The notes beneath the pieces were generated by a model. That model was given only the letters and a program-made list of their open reading frames with translations, had not been told where the DNA came from and did not search any database. The translations under genes were made by a program, and so were the position numbers. A DNA stretch of 63,485 bases, filler included, from Reclinomonas americana ATCC 50394 (taxonomy: Eukaryota): assembly GCA_048213135.1 (NCBI GenBank). It is 14 parts of 14 records of this genome, joined end to end, with 100 filler letters (N's around TTAATTAATTAA, not from the genome) between each part and the next. Parts side by side here need not be neighbours in the genome. Positions count along the whole stretch, not along the records: positions 1 to 3,672 come from AFZH01018501.1; positions 3,773 to 5,125 come from AFZH01018502.1; positions 5,226 to 9,202 come from AFZH01018503.1; positions 9,303 to 19,515 come from AFZH01018504.1; 10 more parts are not named here. The stretch is one strand, 5' to 3'. Below, one piece after another: positions 1-11,300 of this stretch. Positions within the stretch are counted from its first letter, which is position 1. Every line of letters starts with the position of its first letter.

Positions 1-318
1 TTCACTCACTCACTCACTCACTCACTCACTCACTCACTCACTCACTCACTCACTCACTCACTCACTCACTTTCTCAATCCCCACTCACTCACTCACTCAC
101 TCACTCACTCACCCGCTCCCTCCCTCCTTCCCTCCCCCCTCTCTCTCACTCACTCACTCACTCACTCACTCACTCACTCACTCACTCACTCACTCACTCA
201 CTCCCTCACTCACTCACTCACTCACTCACTCACACTCTCACTCACTCACTCATTCATTCACTCACTCTCTCACTCATTCACACACTCACTCACTCACTCA
301 CTCACTCACTCACTCACT
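1..318. repeat. (CACT)n microsatellite, probably inside an intron of the transposase gene
   Basis: Direct reading of tandem CACT units; lies just past a minus-strand GTGAG donor at 399. Confidence 0.9.
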
Positions 319-399
319 GTTTCCCTCTCTCTCTCCCCTTTCTCCCTCCCTTCCCCTATGCCCTCCCTTCCCCTCAGCCTTCCCTTCCCCTCAGCTCAC

Positions 400-2904
400 C
401 AACCATTACTCAGCTCCGTGAGATCAGCGTTCTGCGCGCCCAACAGACAATCGACGCCGACATCCGCCTCATTCACCACCGCCGCACGCACGATGCTCGC
501 AACGTGAACCGTGCACAGTTGGTTATCGGAGCGGTACGGCAGATCGAACTCTTCCAACGTGTAAGCAAATGTGTAGGTGCTGTCGTTGTCCACCTTTCTG
601 CTCTCGAATCCGTCCGTCTGGCAGTGGATGTGCAAAATCACAATACGCGGATCTGCACAACGGCATGAACGGCGCAATCTGTGCTGCGCGCACGCAATGG
701 GAAGCATCACATACCATTGATATTGACACCCTTGTGCTGCTGAAGGTATTCGATGCACTTGTACCACCGACTGCCCGTCTCAGGACCCGCGTAAGCTCGT
801 GGCATTCCCTCTGGCCGCACGCGAAACGCTTGTTCTGCATTGAGAGCTGAGCTGCTGTGCTGTCACACTCATAATCGCAAAATCGCACTCGCATCGCAAC
901 TCTTCAAGACGGCATTCGACAACTCCTCCGACGCCATCACCGATCGAATCCAGGCGACCAGACTGGCCCACGGAATGGGTGGTCCGGGCACTGCAGCCGG
1001 TCGAATATCGCGGATCTGTCCACCACCACGTGGGTCAGGAGCCAAAATGAAACACACACGAATTTCTGAAACCATGCCGGACCTCAATATAGTCGTGCAG
1101 AAGCGTCTGAAAGCGTCTTAGCAAGGTCTTCATCGACGATGGCAAGATGCGCTGATCGTACTTTCTCCTCTGACCAGTGCGGGGCTCCTTGAATTTGCGC
1201 TCGGCCATCCGCGTTATTTGCTTGTACAGTCGCGGAAGGTAGCGAAAAGCCGCAAACGTAGTCTGCGAAGCGGTTTGCGAATCAGCAGGAGACTCGCACC
1301 GAGTGCATACAATGTAAACCCACGCAACGTTGTTGTCGAATGCGTCCACTAGCACCTCAGCGTTGAAGACCAACTCAGGATTTAGAAGGAGCCGCTCCGC
1401 CATTGTTGGATCAAAAATCTGCAACACACGACTTACGTGGGGCGCACAATCCGACGCAACACGGCCAAAGCGACGTACACCAACAGGTATGTTGAAAGGC
1501 ATGAGCCGGGCAGAGCCGCCTGCACACCGCCGCAGTCGTGCAAAGAGTCCTGAATAGGCATGCTTCGGCTTCAGCCACACAGAGGTCTGCGCTTGCTGGC
1601 TCGATGACGGTGGTTCGGCGGCGGCGGCGGCGGCGGCGACCGCGGCTCCCACGACAACACCGTCATGTGCGTCTTCTGTGCAGACACATACGCGTGAGGC
1701 AGACTCTCGCTTGCACAGGGCGGAAGAGAGAGAGAGAGAGTGTGTGTGTATGTGTGTGACAGAGACGGGTGCAGTGGAAAGAATCACCGATTCTTCACCG
1801 CTGCATGTCATTGGCACAGTGGTGGAGCCCAACTCTCTTGCTCTCTCTCCCTTACGTGACACAAACCTTCGGCTTCCTCCAAATCACTCGACAAGTCGTC
1901 TCCGACATCCTCGTCTTCGTCCTCGTCGTCACTGTCTGGCCGGTCCAGGGCGGCAATGTCAGCGCCGAGCTCCAATCCTCGCTCGTAAAAATCATCCGCG
2001 TCCAGAGACCAACAGTCTGATCCGCCGTCGTCGGCCACTGCATCAAGTCCTCCACCACCTTGATACCCGTTGCCGCCAACCACAATTCTGTCGTCCGGAT
2101 GCAGAAAATCGGCAAGTCGCGCTTCAGCCTTGTCGACGTCCGCGGCATCATCCATAAACTCCTCCTCTGACTCTTCCGGCTCGTCTTCTTCGTCTTCGTC
2201 GTCTTCTTCTTCTTCTTCTTGCTCTTCTTCATCTTGTTCTTCTTCGTCCTCTTCGTCTTCGATCATCGAGTCGTCCGCCGCATCAGGATGCACACCGTCG
2301 GCAGGCTGATCAATGTCTCCGCCTCCGTCTCCAGCGGCCTCGGCGGGTGCGACAACGTGTACATCATTGACCACGTGAGCGGCCTGGACCACGTCAACCG
2401 CCATTGGCTGCTCGACTGCGACAGCACCGCCACCGATGCCCACTGCGTGGCCGCCGGCCTCCGGCTCCTCTCGCTTGCGTTTTCGTCCGCCAAGAACCAC
2501 TGGGCCCAAGACTTTGGCGCGGTCAGCCCGCACGTGTCGTCGAATCCAGTGCGTTATAAAGTCCGCGATGCCTTCGTGGTCATGCGCAAACACTCCATTG
2601 TCGCCTGCGTGACTGACATGAGTGAGGGAATTCGCGCCTGTGTTATCTCTCTCGCCAGTGTACCTTGATCATGCACATGAGAAACGTGCGGGCACAGCAC
2701 CTGCAAGTCGTCCCTGCTGACAACCCGCCTGTATTGATAGCACGAGGTCATGTGTCGCCGCAGGTGACCCGCCTTGCTGTCTTCAATGAGGTCCAGACAG
2801 AACGGGCAAATGAGCTCCACTGTGTTGCTGCCGCCCACGCCGGCCTCGTCGCTTCTCATCACCGCAGAGTGCATTGTCTCCAGCTGCTCGTCGTCTGCGG
2901 ACAT
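400..2904 (-). mobile_element. Spliced CMC (EnSpm/CACTA)/Plavaka-like DDE transposase gene, 3' part outside window
   Basis: ATG 2904. N-terminal C2HC finger (CPFC...HMTSC) and acidic tract. Later exons give IPWASLVAWIRSVM, YAGPETGSRWYKC and (exon 652-400) ILHIHCQTDGFESRKVDNDSTYTFAYTLEEFDLPYRSDNQLCTVHVASIV...VDCLLGAQNADLTELSNG. This follows the recalled Transposase_21/Plavaka pattern (TG-W, hhhxxDGF, LP-R, D-L-P---DL--L--G). Confidence 0.65.
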
Positions 2905-3544
2905 TTGTCTGTGAAGGCATGAGTGAACAGTCTCTTCCCATCACGCGCGTGCGCGTGTGTGTGAGTGCGAGACATTGCGCGCACGAGAGAAAAACGCAAC
3001 AGCGTGCTGCGTTGAACAGTTCCCACCCTCCTCGCGTGCGCACACTTGCGTTGTGTCGTGTGTGTGTGCGGCGAAGCACGATGCACTTGGCGCAACAGAG
3101 AGAATGCAAACCAGCAGGCCGCCGGTGCACTGACGATCTATTCGATCAGTCGCAAGTGAGCATTCTTTTCCGCAGAGGCAAGCCCCGTTGCCACTGGTGA
3201 AAAAATTTGCCACTTGTGAGTAATTGCGACTGACGATGCACTGCGCTTGCGGAAAGAGCGAGGATGCTACCCAAGTGCACTGGCAACATGTTTGCAGTGT
3301 TCTCGCACTCAGAACGACAAAGAAGCGTGCTCTGCGCGTGTTGACGCGCGCGCGTTCTGAGCAGGACACCAGCATTTTCAAGAAAAGATCTTTCCTGGTG
3401 CAGCGTGCGTGCTTCTGTGAGCTGGGTTGTGTACTTTTACTGAGCAAGCAGGGAGTGTTGCATCCAGCTTGTGATCAGAGACGGTGGAGAGCGGGCAGCG
3501 TGGAGTCGGAGAATACAAATTTTCGAACAGAGCTCGAGCTCGTG

Positions 3545-3579
<35 letters not shown>

Positions 3580-3672
3580 GGAGGGGAGGGGGGAGGGGGG
3601 GGAGGGGGGGAGGGGAGGAGGACGACGACGAACGAACAACAACAAACAACAACACACGACGAGAGAGAGAGA

Positions 3673-3772
3673 NNNNNNNNNNNNNNNNNNNNNNNNNNNN
3701 NNNNNNNNNNNNNNNNTTAATTAATTAANNNNNNNNNNNNNNNNNNNNNNNNNNNNNNNNNNNNNNNNNNNN
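3673..3772. other. Artificial scaffold linker (first of 13; others at 5126-5225, 9203-9302, 19516-19615, 21170-21269, 22474-22573, 31844-31943, 38147-38246, 45248-45347, 49506-49605, 51275-51374, 55793-55892, 60137-60236)
   Basis: Identical N44-TTAATTAATTAA-N44 with stops in all six frames; most are flanked by microsatellites or low-complexity DNA. Confidence 0.99.
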
Positions 3773-4425
3773 GGGGAGGGAGAGAGCGACACATAAACAC
3801 AAATACACACACAGAGAGAGAGGCACCAAGAGAGGAGAAAGCAGATAGCATGCGCGCTGCGCTGCGAGCGATCCCGTCGTCGACGTTGCTGCTGAATGCT
3901 GCTATTGCTGCGGCTGAGTGCTCAAGAACTCTTTGCCGCGCTCATTACGTAGTGCAACACATGGAGAAGCAGCAGCGCAAGCAGCTACAGGCACTGGCAC
4001 CGCAGCGCATGCGTTCTTTCTAGATCTTGGAAGAATTCGAAAGACAGGGTCTCGTTCTCACAAGAACACAGTCAAAATGAGGCTTAATAGAGAATGAGCA
4101 ACGAGCCTGTACTTCAGAATCGCAGAAGCCGTGTTGACGAGGCATTTCGAATTCGTCAGAACGTCGATCTCGACTTCGACGTCAATTTCTTGTATTTGGC
4201 TCCGAGAAAAAGAACCAAAGAACAGCAACACATAGTGCCACTTCAGACGCACCACCATTCTACGCACCTGCTCCTCCACTCTCCGCCGTGCATCGAAGTC
4301 CTGAAAAAAGTGACCGTTGACGCATTTGTCCAAAATCAATTGCACCGAAAAACGAGAAAACGCAATCATCATCACCTCCCGACACGAGTGACACCGGCAC
4401 AGTGTGTGACAGAGAGTGAAAGAAG

Positions 4426-4980
4426 ATGTTGCGCGCGGGAGCCTCATCAAGCAGCGGCATGCGTCGCAACAGCAGTGTGATGTTTGCCGAGGCCGTCAGC
4501 ATGGCCGCACCTGCCTCACACAGCAAGCCGACAAGTGCCACCAAGTCACAACAACAACAACAGCAGACAACTGCGTCGAGTTGCTACGACTTTCTCTTTA
4601 AAGTGGTGATTGTGGGCGATGCGGCGGCGGGCAAGAGCAGTCTGCTTCAGCGATTCTGCGAGGGCACGTTTGTGGATGCGCCGTACTCGCGCACAGTGGG
4701 AATGGAGTATAAGGTGAGGAGGGAGGAGAAGGAGGGAGGAGGGGGAAGGGAGGGGAGGAGAGGGTGAGGGAGAAGAGAGAGACAACAGCAGGTCAGTCAT
4801 CGTCGATTCTTTGTGTGCTTCGTGAGCTTGTTTGTGTGCGTGTGTGTGTGTGTGTGTGTCAGTCACTCTCTCTTAGTCTCTCTCTTTCCCTCGCCCTCTC
4901 TTGCCTCACTGCAGTCTCTCTCTCTCTCTTGCCTCATCTTGTCTCACCCTGCTCGCCAAAAGTGTCCGTGAGTGCGTCCT

Positions 4981-5026
<46 letters not shown>

Positions 5027-5314
5027 TGTCGTGTCGCGTCGACTACGTACGTACGACGGAACGACCGACGACTAGTTCGTTTCGTTTTCGTTTACGTTCG
5101 TTCGTCGTTAGTAGTGGTAGTAGTGNNNNNNNNNNNNNNNNNNNNNNNNNNNNNNNNNNNNNNNNNNNNTTAATTAATTAANNNNNNNNNNNNNNNNNNN
5201 NNNNNNNNNNNNNNNNNNNNNNNNNTCTCTCTCTCTCTCTCTCTCTCTCTTCGTCCGTCCGTACGTACCGTACGTACGTACGTACGTACGTACGGTCGTA
5301 CGGTACGTACGTAG

Positions 5315-5356
<42 letters not shown>

Positions 5357-8300
5357 GAGGAGAGTTGCGTGTGACTCGCAACTGACTGAAAGGCCAGCAT
5401 GTCTTTGTTTCAGTTGCCTTGATGGTGATGAGAGTGAGAGATGCAAGTGTCAGTTCTCGTGTCTTTCGTCTCCTTCGTGCCCTCTTTTCTTGTCAGCAAG
5501 TCGAGTGGAGACTGGCAGCTGACTGAGAGACCAGCAAGTCTTCGTGTCAGTTGACTTGATGGTGCTGAGGGCACGAGATGCAAGTGCCAGTTCTCTTGTC
5601 CGTTGTCTTTCCCTCTTGCGCTCTTTGCTTTTTTCTCAAGGAACGAGTCGAGTAGAGACTGGCAATTAGCTGGAAGACCAGCATCTCCTCGTGTTGATTG
5701 CTCCGATGGTGACGAGATTGCGGGATTCAAATGCCACTTCTGTGACGTTCGCTTGACTTCTGAACATTGGGGCGTGAGATTCAACAGCCAAGTTCTCTTT
5801 CTTGTTCTCGTGTGCGTTGTGCTTGTCAGCAAGATGAGTGGAGACTGGCAGCTGACTGAGAGACCAGCAAGTCTTCATTTCAGGTGCTGTGATGGCGAGA
5901 GCGAGAGGCTTGTGTGCAAGTCGTGCCAGCTGTCTCTCCCTTGTGCTTTTTGTACTTGTCAGCAAGTTGATTGGAGACTGAAAGACCAGCATGTTATCGT
6001 GTCACTTGCTTCTCGTGCCAGTTCTTTCGCGTTTCCTCGACTCGCTGAGTGCGTATTCAGAAGATACAACCGCTAGTCCTCTTGCCTGTTGCCTGTTCTC
6101 GTATGCGCTGCGCTCGTCAATTCAGAGAGCAAGTTGTGCGGAACTTGAATGACCAGCAAGTCTTCATGTCAGCTGCATGTCGTATCAGTTCTGGCACATT
6201 CCCCTGACTTCCTGTGCGAGAGGCGTCAGTTAGAAGATACAACAGCCAAGTCTCTTGCTTTCGCCTTGTGCATTGTGCAGAGAGTGAGTTGCGCGGAACT
6301 TGATAGACCAGCAATTATTCATGCCAGTTACTCCTTGCTCACTTTGTCAAGGTAATTCGTCTTCCTGCTCTTTTTCCTTGTCAGAGGAAAGCGAATTTGA
6401 GTTTGATAGAGACTGCCAAGTGACATGACCATTTCTTTCGTGACAGCCGCTTCGCGGCCGTCAGTCTTTTTCTCAATCAGCAGCAAGCAAGTCTTTGATG
6501 TGACACAACAAGCAATCCACTAGATTTCTCTAATTCAGTGCAGTCCTTTCTTGCCTCAACTCTGAAACTCTCTTTGTTTTCCCTTGCCGAAAATCACCTC
6601 TCGTTCTCCTCTCGTTCTCTTCATCAGCCCCACCTCACCCTTTCCCCCCTTCCCTTCCCCCCGCCACGCAGTCCAAGAGCCTGGAGATCGGCACCTCCCA
6701 ATGCAAACTCTACATCCTCGACTCCGCCGGCCACGAACGATACCGCCACATGAACGAGGAGTACATTCGCGTGGCCGACGCCCTCCTCTTTGTGTTCGAT
6801 CAGTGCAACGAGGCCTCGTTCCAGGCACTCGAGCAGGTTTGCAATAGATAGCAAACGTCCTGGCTTTCCTCTCCTTGTATTCGTTCCATCGCATTCAGTC
6901 GCTCCGTTTGTTCCCCTTTTTCATTCACAAGTTTCTCATTTTCCTTCCTCTCCCTTCCCCCTTTCTTTCCCCTTCGTCTCCCTTCTCCTCACTTGTCCCC
7001 CTCTTCGCAGTTCGTGGAAATGCGCACCCGCTCCGCCCCACCCCACTGCGTCTCCTTCCTCATCTCCTGCAAATGCGACCTCGGCGACCGCGTCATCCCC
7101 ACCAGCACCATTCGCGATTTCTGCGACCGCCACGACATGCTGTGGATCTCGGAGACCAGCGCCCGCTCCGGCCAGGCCGTATCGGAAATGTTCCTCGCCG
7201 TGACGGCGCACCTGCTGGCCACGGCCGACCAGCGCACGCGCATTCAGGAGGGTCGCGAAATGGTGACGGACGGCACGGCGGCGTCAGGTGGCAAGGCGGG
7301 AAGTGTAGGTGGTAGCGAGGATGGTGACAGCGACAACGGGCAAGTCAGCGGCATTGTGGAGGTGGACGATGAGCGGGAGTTGGAGGCTGCCGCAGTTTGT
7401 GCGTGTGAAAAGGGGAAGGGCGCGGAGAAGAAAAGGATCACTCACTTCTTGTTCCAACAGCACTGCGCAATGCGGTCTCGGACGGCAATCTGGAGCTGGT
7501 GGAGGCGATTCTCAACAAGCACTCGTTCTTCTCGTCGGATCTCGTTGAGTCGCGCAACTCGCTGGGCGACACGCTCCTCATCCTGGCCTGCAAGCACCCG
7601 TCGCACGATGTGGCACTGGCGCGCGCACTCATTCACCGCGGCGCCGCCGTCAACACGGTCAACAATGACAATCAAACCCCGCTGTTCTTCGCGTGTGCAC
7701 GCGGGCAGCACGAGCTGGCGCGCTTGCTGTTGAGTCACGGCGCCAAGGTGCGCATCCAGACCAAGAAAGGATTGAGTGTGATGCACATTCCGTGTGCGCG
7801 AGGCGATGTGGAGATGGTGGATGTGTTGCTGAGTGCGAGTTGCGTGAAATCGGGGAAAGGGTGGAGTGGGGGAAGGGATTGAGAGAAGGGAGTGCGGCAA
7901 AAGAGAGGGCTGCACTAGTTTCTCTCTTTTTCCTCTCTTTTTTTGTCTCGGTTGTCTCAAATCGTGTGTTTTGTCATTTTCTTGCCTCTCTTGCCTCATT
8001 TGTTTGTCTAGTTGTCTCTGCTGTCTATGCTTCTCTCTTTCGTCTCTCTTGCCTCTCTTGTCGCTCTCGTGTCCCTCGCATCTCGTGTCTCTATTGTCTC
8101 TCCTGTCTTTCTTTTCTTTCTTGTGTCTCTAGTCTTTCCTGCCTGTGTTGTCATTCTTGCTTCCGTTGTCTGCCTTGCATTTCTTGCCTCTTTCTCTTTC
8201 TTCTCTCTTTTCTTCTCCTATCCTCGTTTCTCTCTCCTCTTCTTCCCTTCCTCTTTTCTCTGGCTTCTCTCACCTCTTCTCTCTCCTGTTCTCTCTCCTG

Positions 8301-11300
8301 TTCTCTCTCCTGTTCTCTCTCCTCTTCTCTCTCTCTTCTCTCTCCTCTTCTCTCTCCTCTTCTCTCTCCTCTTCTCTCTCCTCTTCTCTCTCCTCTTCTC
8401 TCTCCTGTTCTCTCTCCTCTTCTCTCTCCTGTTCTCTCTCCTGTTCTCTCTCCTGTTCTCACTCCTGTTCTCTCTCCTCTTCTCTCTCCTCTTCTCTCTC
8501 CTCTTCTCTCTCCTCTTCTCTCTCTCTTCTCTCTCCTCTTCTCTCTCTCTTCTCTCTCCTCTTCTCTCTCCTGTTCTCTCTCCTCTTCTCTCTCCTCTTC
8601 TCTCTCCTCTTCTCTCTCCTGTTCTCTCTCTCTTCTCTCTCCTCTTCTCTCTCCTCTTCTCTCTCCTTCTCTCTCTCTTCTCTCTCCTCTTCTCTCTCCT
8701 CTTCTCTCTCCTTCTCTCTCCTCTTCTCTCTCCTCTTCTCTCTCCTTCTCCCCTTCTCTCTCCTTCTCTTTCCTTCTCTCCTTCTCTCTCCTCTTTCCTT
8801 CTCTCTCCTCTCTCCTTCTCTCCTTCTCCTTCTCTCTCCTCTCTCCTTCTCTCTCCTTCTTTCTCCTCTCTCCTTTTCTCTCCTCTCTCCTCTCTCCTTC
8901 TCTCTCCTCTCTCCTTCTCTCTCCTACTCTCCTTCTCTCCCTCTCCTTCTCCCTCTCCTTCTCCCTCCTTCTCTCTCCTCTTCTCTCTCCTTCTCTCTCC
9001 TTCTCCCTCCTTCTCCCTCCTTCTCTCTCCTTCTCTCTCTCCTTTTCCCTCTCCTCTCCCTCTCCTTCTCTCTCCTTCTCTTCTTCTCTCTCCTTCTCCC
9101 TCCTTCTCTCTCCTTCTCTCCCTCTCCTTCTCCCTCTCCTTCTCTCTCCTTCTCTCTCCTTCTCTCTTCTTGTCTCTTCTTCTCTCTACTTCTCTCTCTT
9201 TCNNNNNNNNNNNNNNNNNNNNNNNNNNNNNNNNNNNNNNNNNNNNTTAATTAATTAANNNNNNNNNNNNNNNNNNNNNNNNNNNNNNNNNNNNNNNNNN
9301 NNTTCTCTCTCCTTCTCTCTTCTTGTCTCTTCTTCTCTCTACTTCTCTCTCTTTCTCCCTCTCCTTCCCCTCTCCTTCCCCCCTCTCCTTCTCCCCCCTC
9401 TCCTTCTCCCTTCCACTCACAACCCCTTCCCCTTCCCCCTCTCCCTCTCCCCCTGCCTCCCTTCCCCTCACACCCTTCGCCTCACACCCCTTTCCCTCCC
9501 CGCAGAGTGCAAAGTCAACGTCTGGGAAAAGGAATACGGCAAAACCCCCCTCCAATCCGCCGTCGAAAACGGCCACGTCCAAGTCGTCAAGATGCTCCTC
9601 GAGTTGCGACCCCCTCCCACCCCCTCCTTCTCCCCCCTTTCCCCATCTCTCACACACTTCCAGGTACGGTGCCAATCCCGACGCACAATCCAAATGCTGC
9701 TCGACTCCCGTCTACGAGGCGTGCGTCCGCGGCCACTTTGAGGTGCTGCAAGAACTGCTGGCCATTGGCGCTGACCCGAACGTCATGTGCACGCGACCCA
9801 TGTTCTTGATAGACCTCGACGAGTCGGAGCCGGTGCCGGAGCAGCAGTTGCGCCGCTCCCACACTGTCTCTCCTCTTTCCCTTCCTCCTCCCGCTCACAT
9901 CTTCGTGCAGCGCCTTGTTCATCGCCACCTACAAGGGCCAGTTGGAATTCGCGCGCGCCCTGCTGCAGGCCGGCGCCGACCCCGACAAGCCGATTCGCCT
10001 GTCGTACGGACTGCACACGTGCGTCATGATTGCCATCATGTTCCAGGACATGCCGATGCTGGAGCTGTTGGTGGAGTCGGGCGCCGATCTCAACCCGCCA
10101 GGCACACCGGCCACCCACACGCCGTTGCTGCTGGCGCTGCGTGCCGGAGCGCCGGTGAATGTTCTCGAAAATCTCGTGTCGCACGGCGCCAAGGTCAATG
10201 CGCCGGAGCAGTCCAACCCGCTGCACCAGGCGCTGCTGATGGAGAATGTCGATGTTGCGTGAAGAGGGCAAGTGTGGCCTTTTCTTTCCATTTTTCTCAC
10301 TGGAATGGTGAGAACAGGGAGCGCGCATGCTGGCCGAAACCGGATGCTGGCTCGACTGCGTGGACGCCACCACGGGTGAGACGCTGCTGGATGTGGCGAT
10401 GCGCATGCAGTTCTTGGACTTGATGGAACCGCTGATTGCGTGCGGGGCGATTGAGCCGCGCACCAGCGAGCGCAACATTGATCTGTTCAAGGTGCGTGGA
10501 CAATTGTGCCAAACAGAGTATGCGCAGTTGGAAAGAAGGAGAGAGAGAATGGAGAGTGTGGCGTGTGGATATTCGCGACTCACCCCCGCTTTGTGGTGCA
10601 CCTTCAAGGCGGTGAACTCGTTCTGGAATCTCCTCAAGTGGGTGCACGACAAGCGCGAGATCATGAGGCGGCAAGGTGAGCAAAGAGAGCAAGGGAAAAA
10701 AGTGATTGGGTTGCTCACCACCGCGAGTCACACACACAGCCTCTCAAGGCTCATTCGACGGCAAGTCCAAGATGGGTCGCTCGCCGTCGAGGTCGCCATC
10801 TTCCATGCTGCCGCCGGCCACTCCGTCGGGCAGCAAGGCGATGGTGGTGGACGCTGATTCCGAACTGGCGCGGTTGTTGAGTGAGATTGATGCCGAACTG
10901 CAGGATGAGTCAGGTGGGTTTGGCGAAGGGAGGAAAAGGGGAAGGGAGGAGGGGGAGAAGGGAGAAGGGGAGGGAGGGGAGAGAGAAGGGGAGAGGTCTA
11001 TTCTAACTCGCTCTGTGCAGTTTTTCCGATTAGTGATTCTCTGTTCCTCTTCTGTGTCTTCATGTCTCATTCGCTTCTGCTCTTGCTCTCTCAGTATTCT
11101 CTCGGCAGTGAGTACAGGGAAGGGCAGAAGGAGGGAAAAGCCTGCTTCAATGCATCTCGCTGTGTAATTCGCTCTGTGCGGTTTCTTCGTCGAGTCTACA
11201 GTCTTCCTTTAATTTTCAGTTCTATACTGCGTCTTCAAGTCTCATTCGCTTCCGCTCTCGCTCTCTCAGTGGTAGAGCAGGAGGAGGGAGGAGGCCTGCC

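Noticed and set aside
5026..5315. GTAC/TACG-rich stretches at contig ends (also 22370-22473)
   Set aside because: They follow long microsatellites at read ends and cycle through T-A-C-G, typical of pyrosequencing flow noise, so they are probably not real sequence.
5360..6430. CRISPR-like interpretation of the repeat array
   Set aside because: Repeats are degenerate, the intervening segments are related to each other and of irregular length, the context is a eukaryotic intron, and no cas genes are present.
7693..9258. Long Ser/Leu/Pro-rich ORFs (also 21214-22250, 23063-23892, 44592-45127)
   Set aside because: They are stop-free translations of intronic simple repeats, open in several frames.
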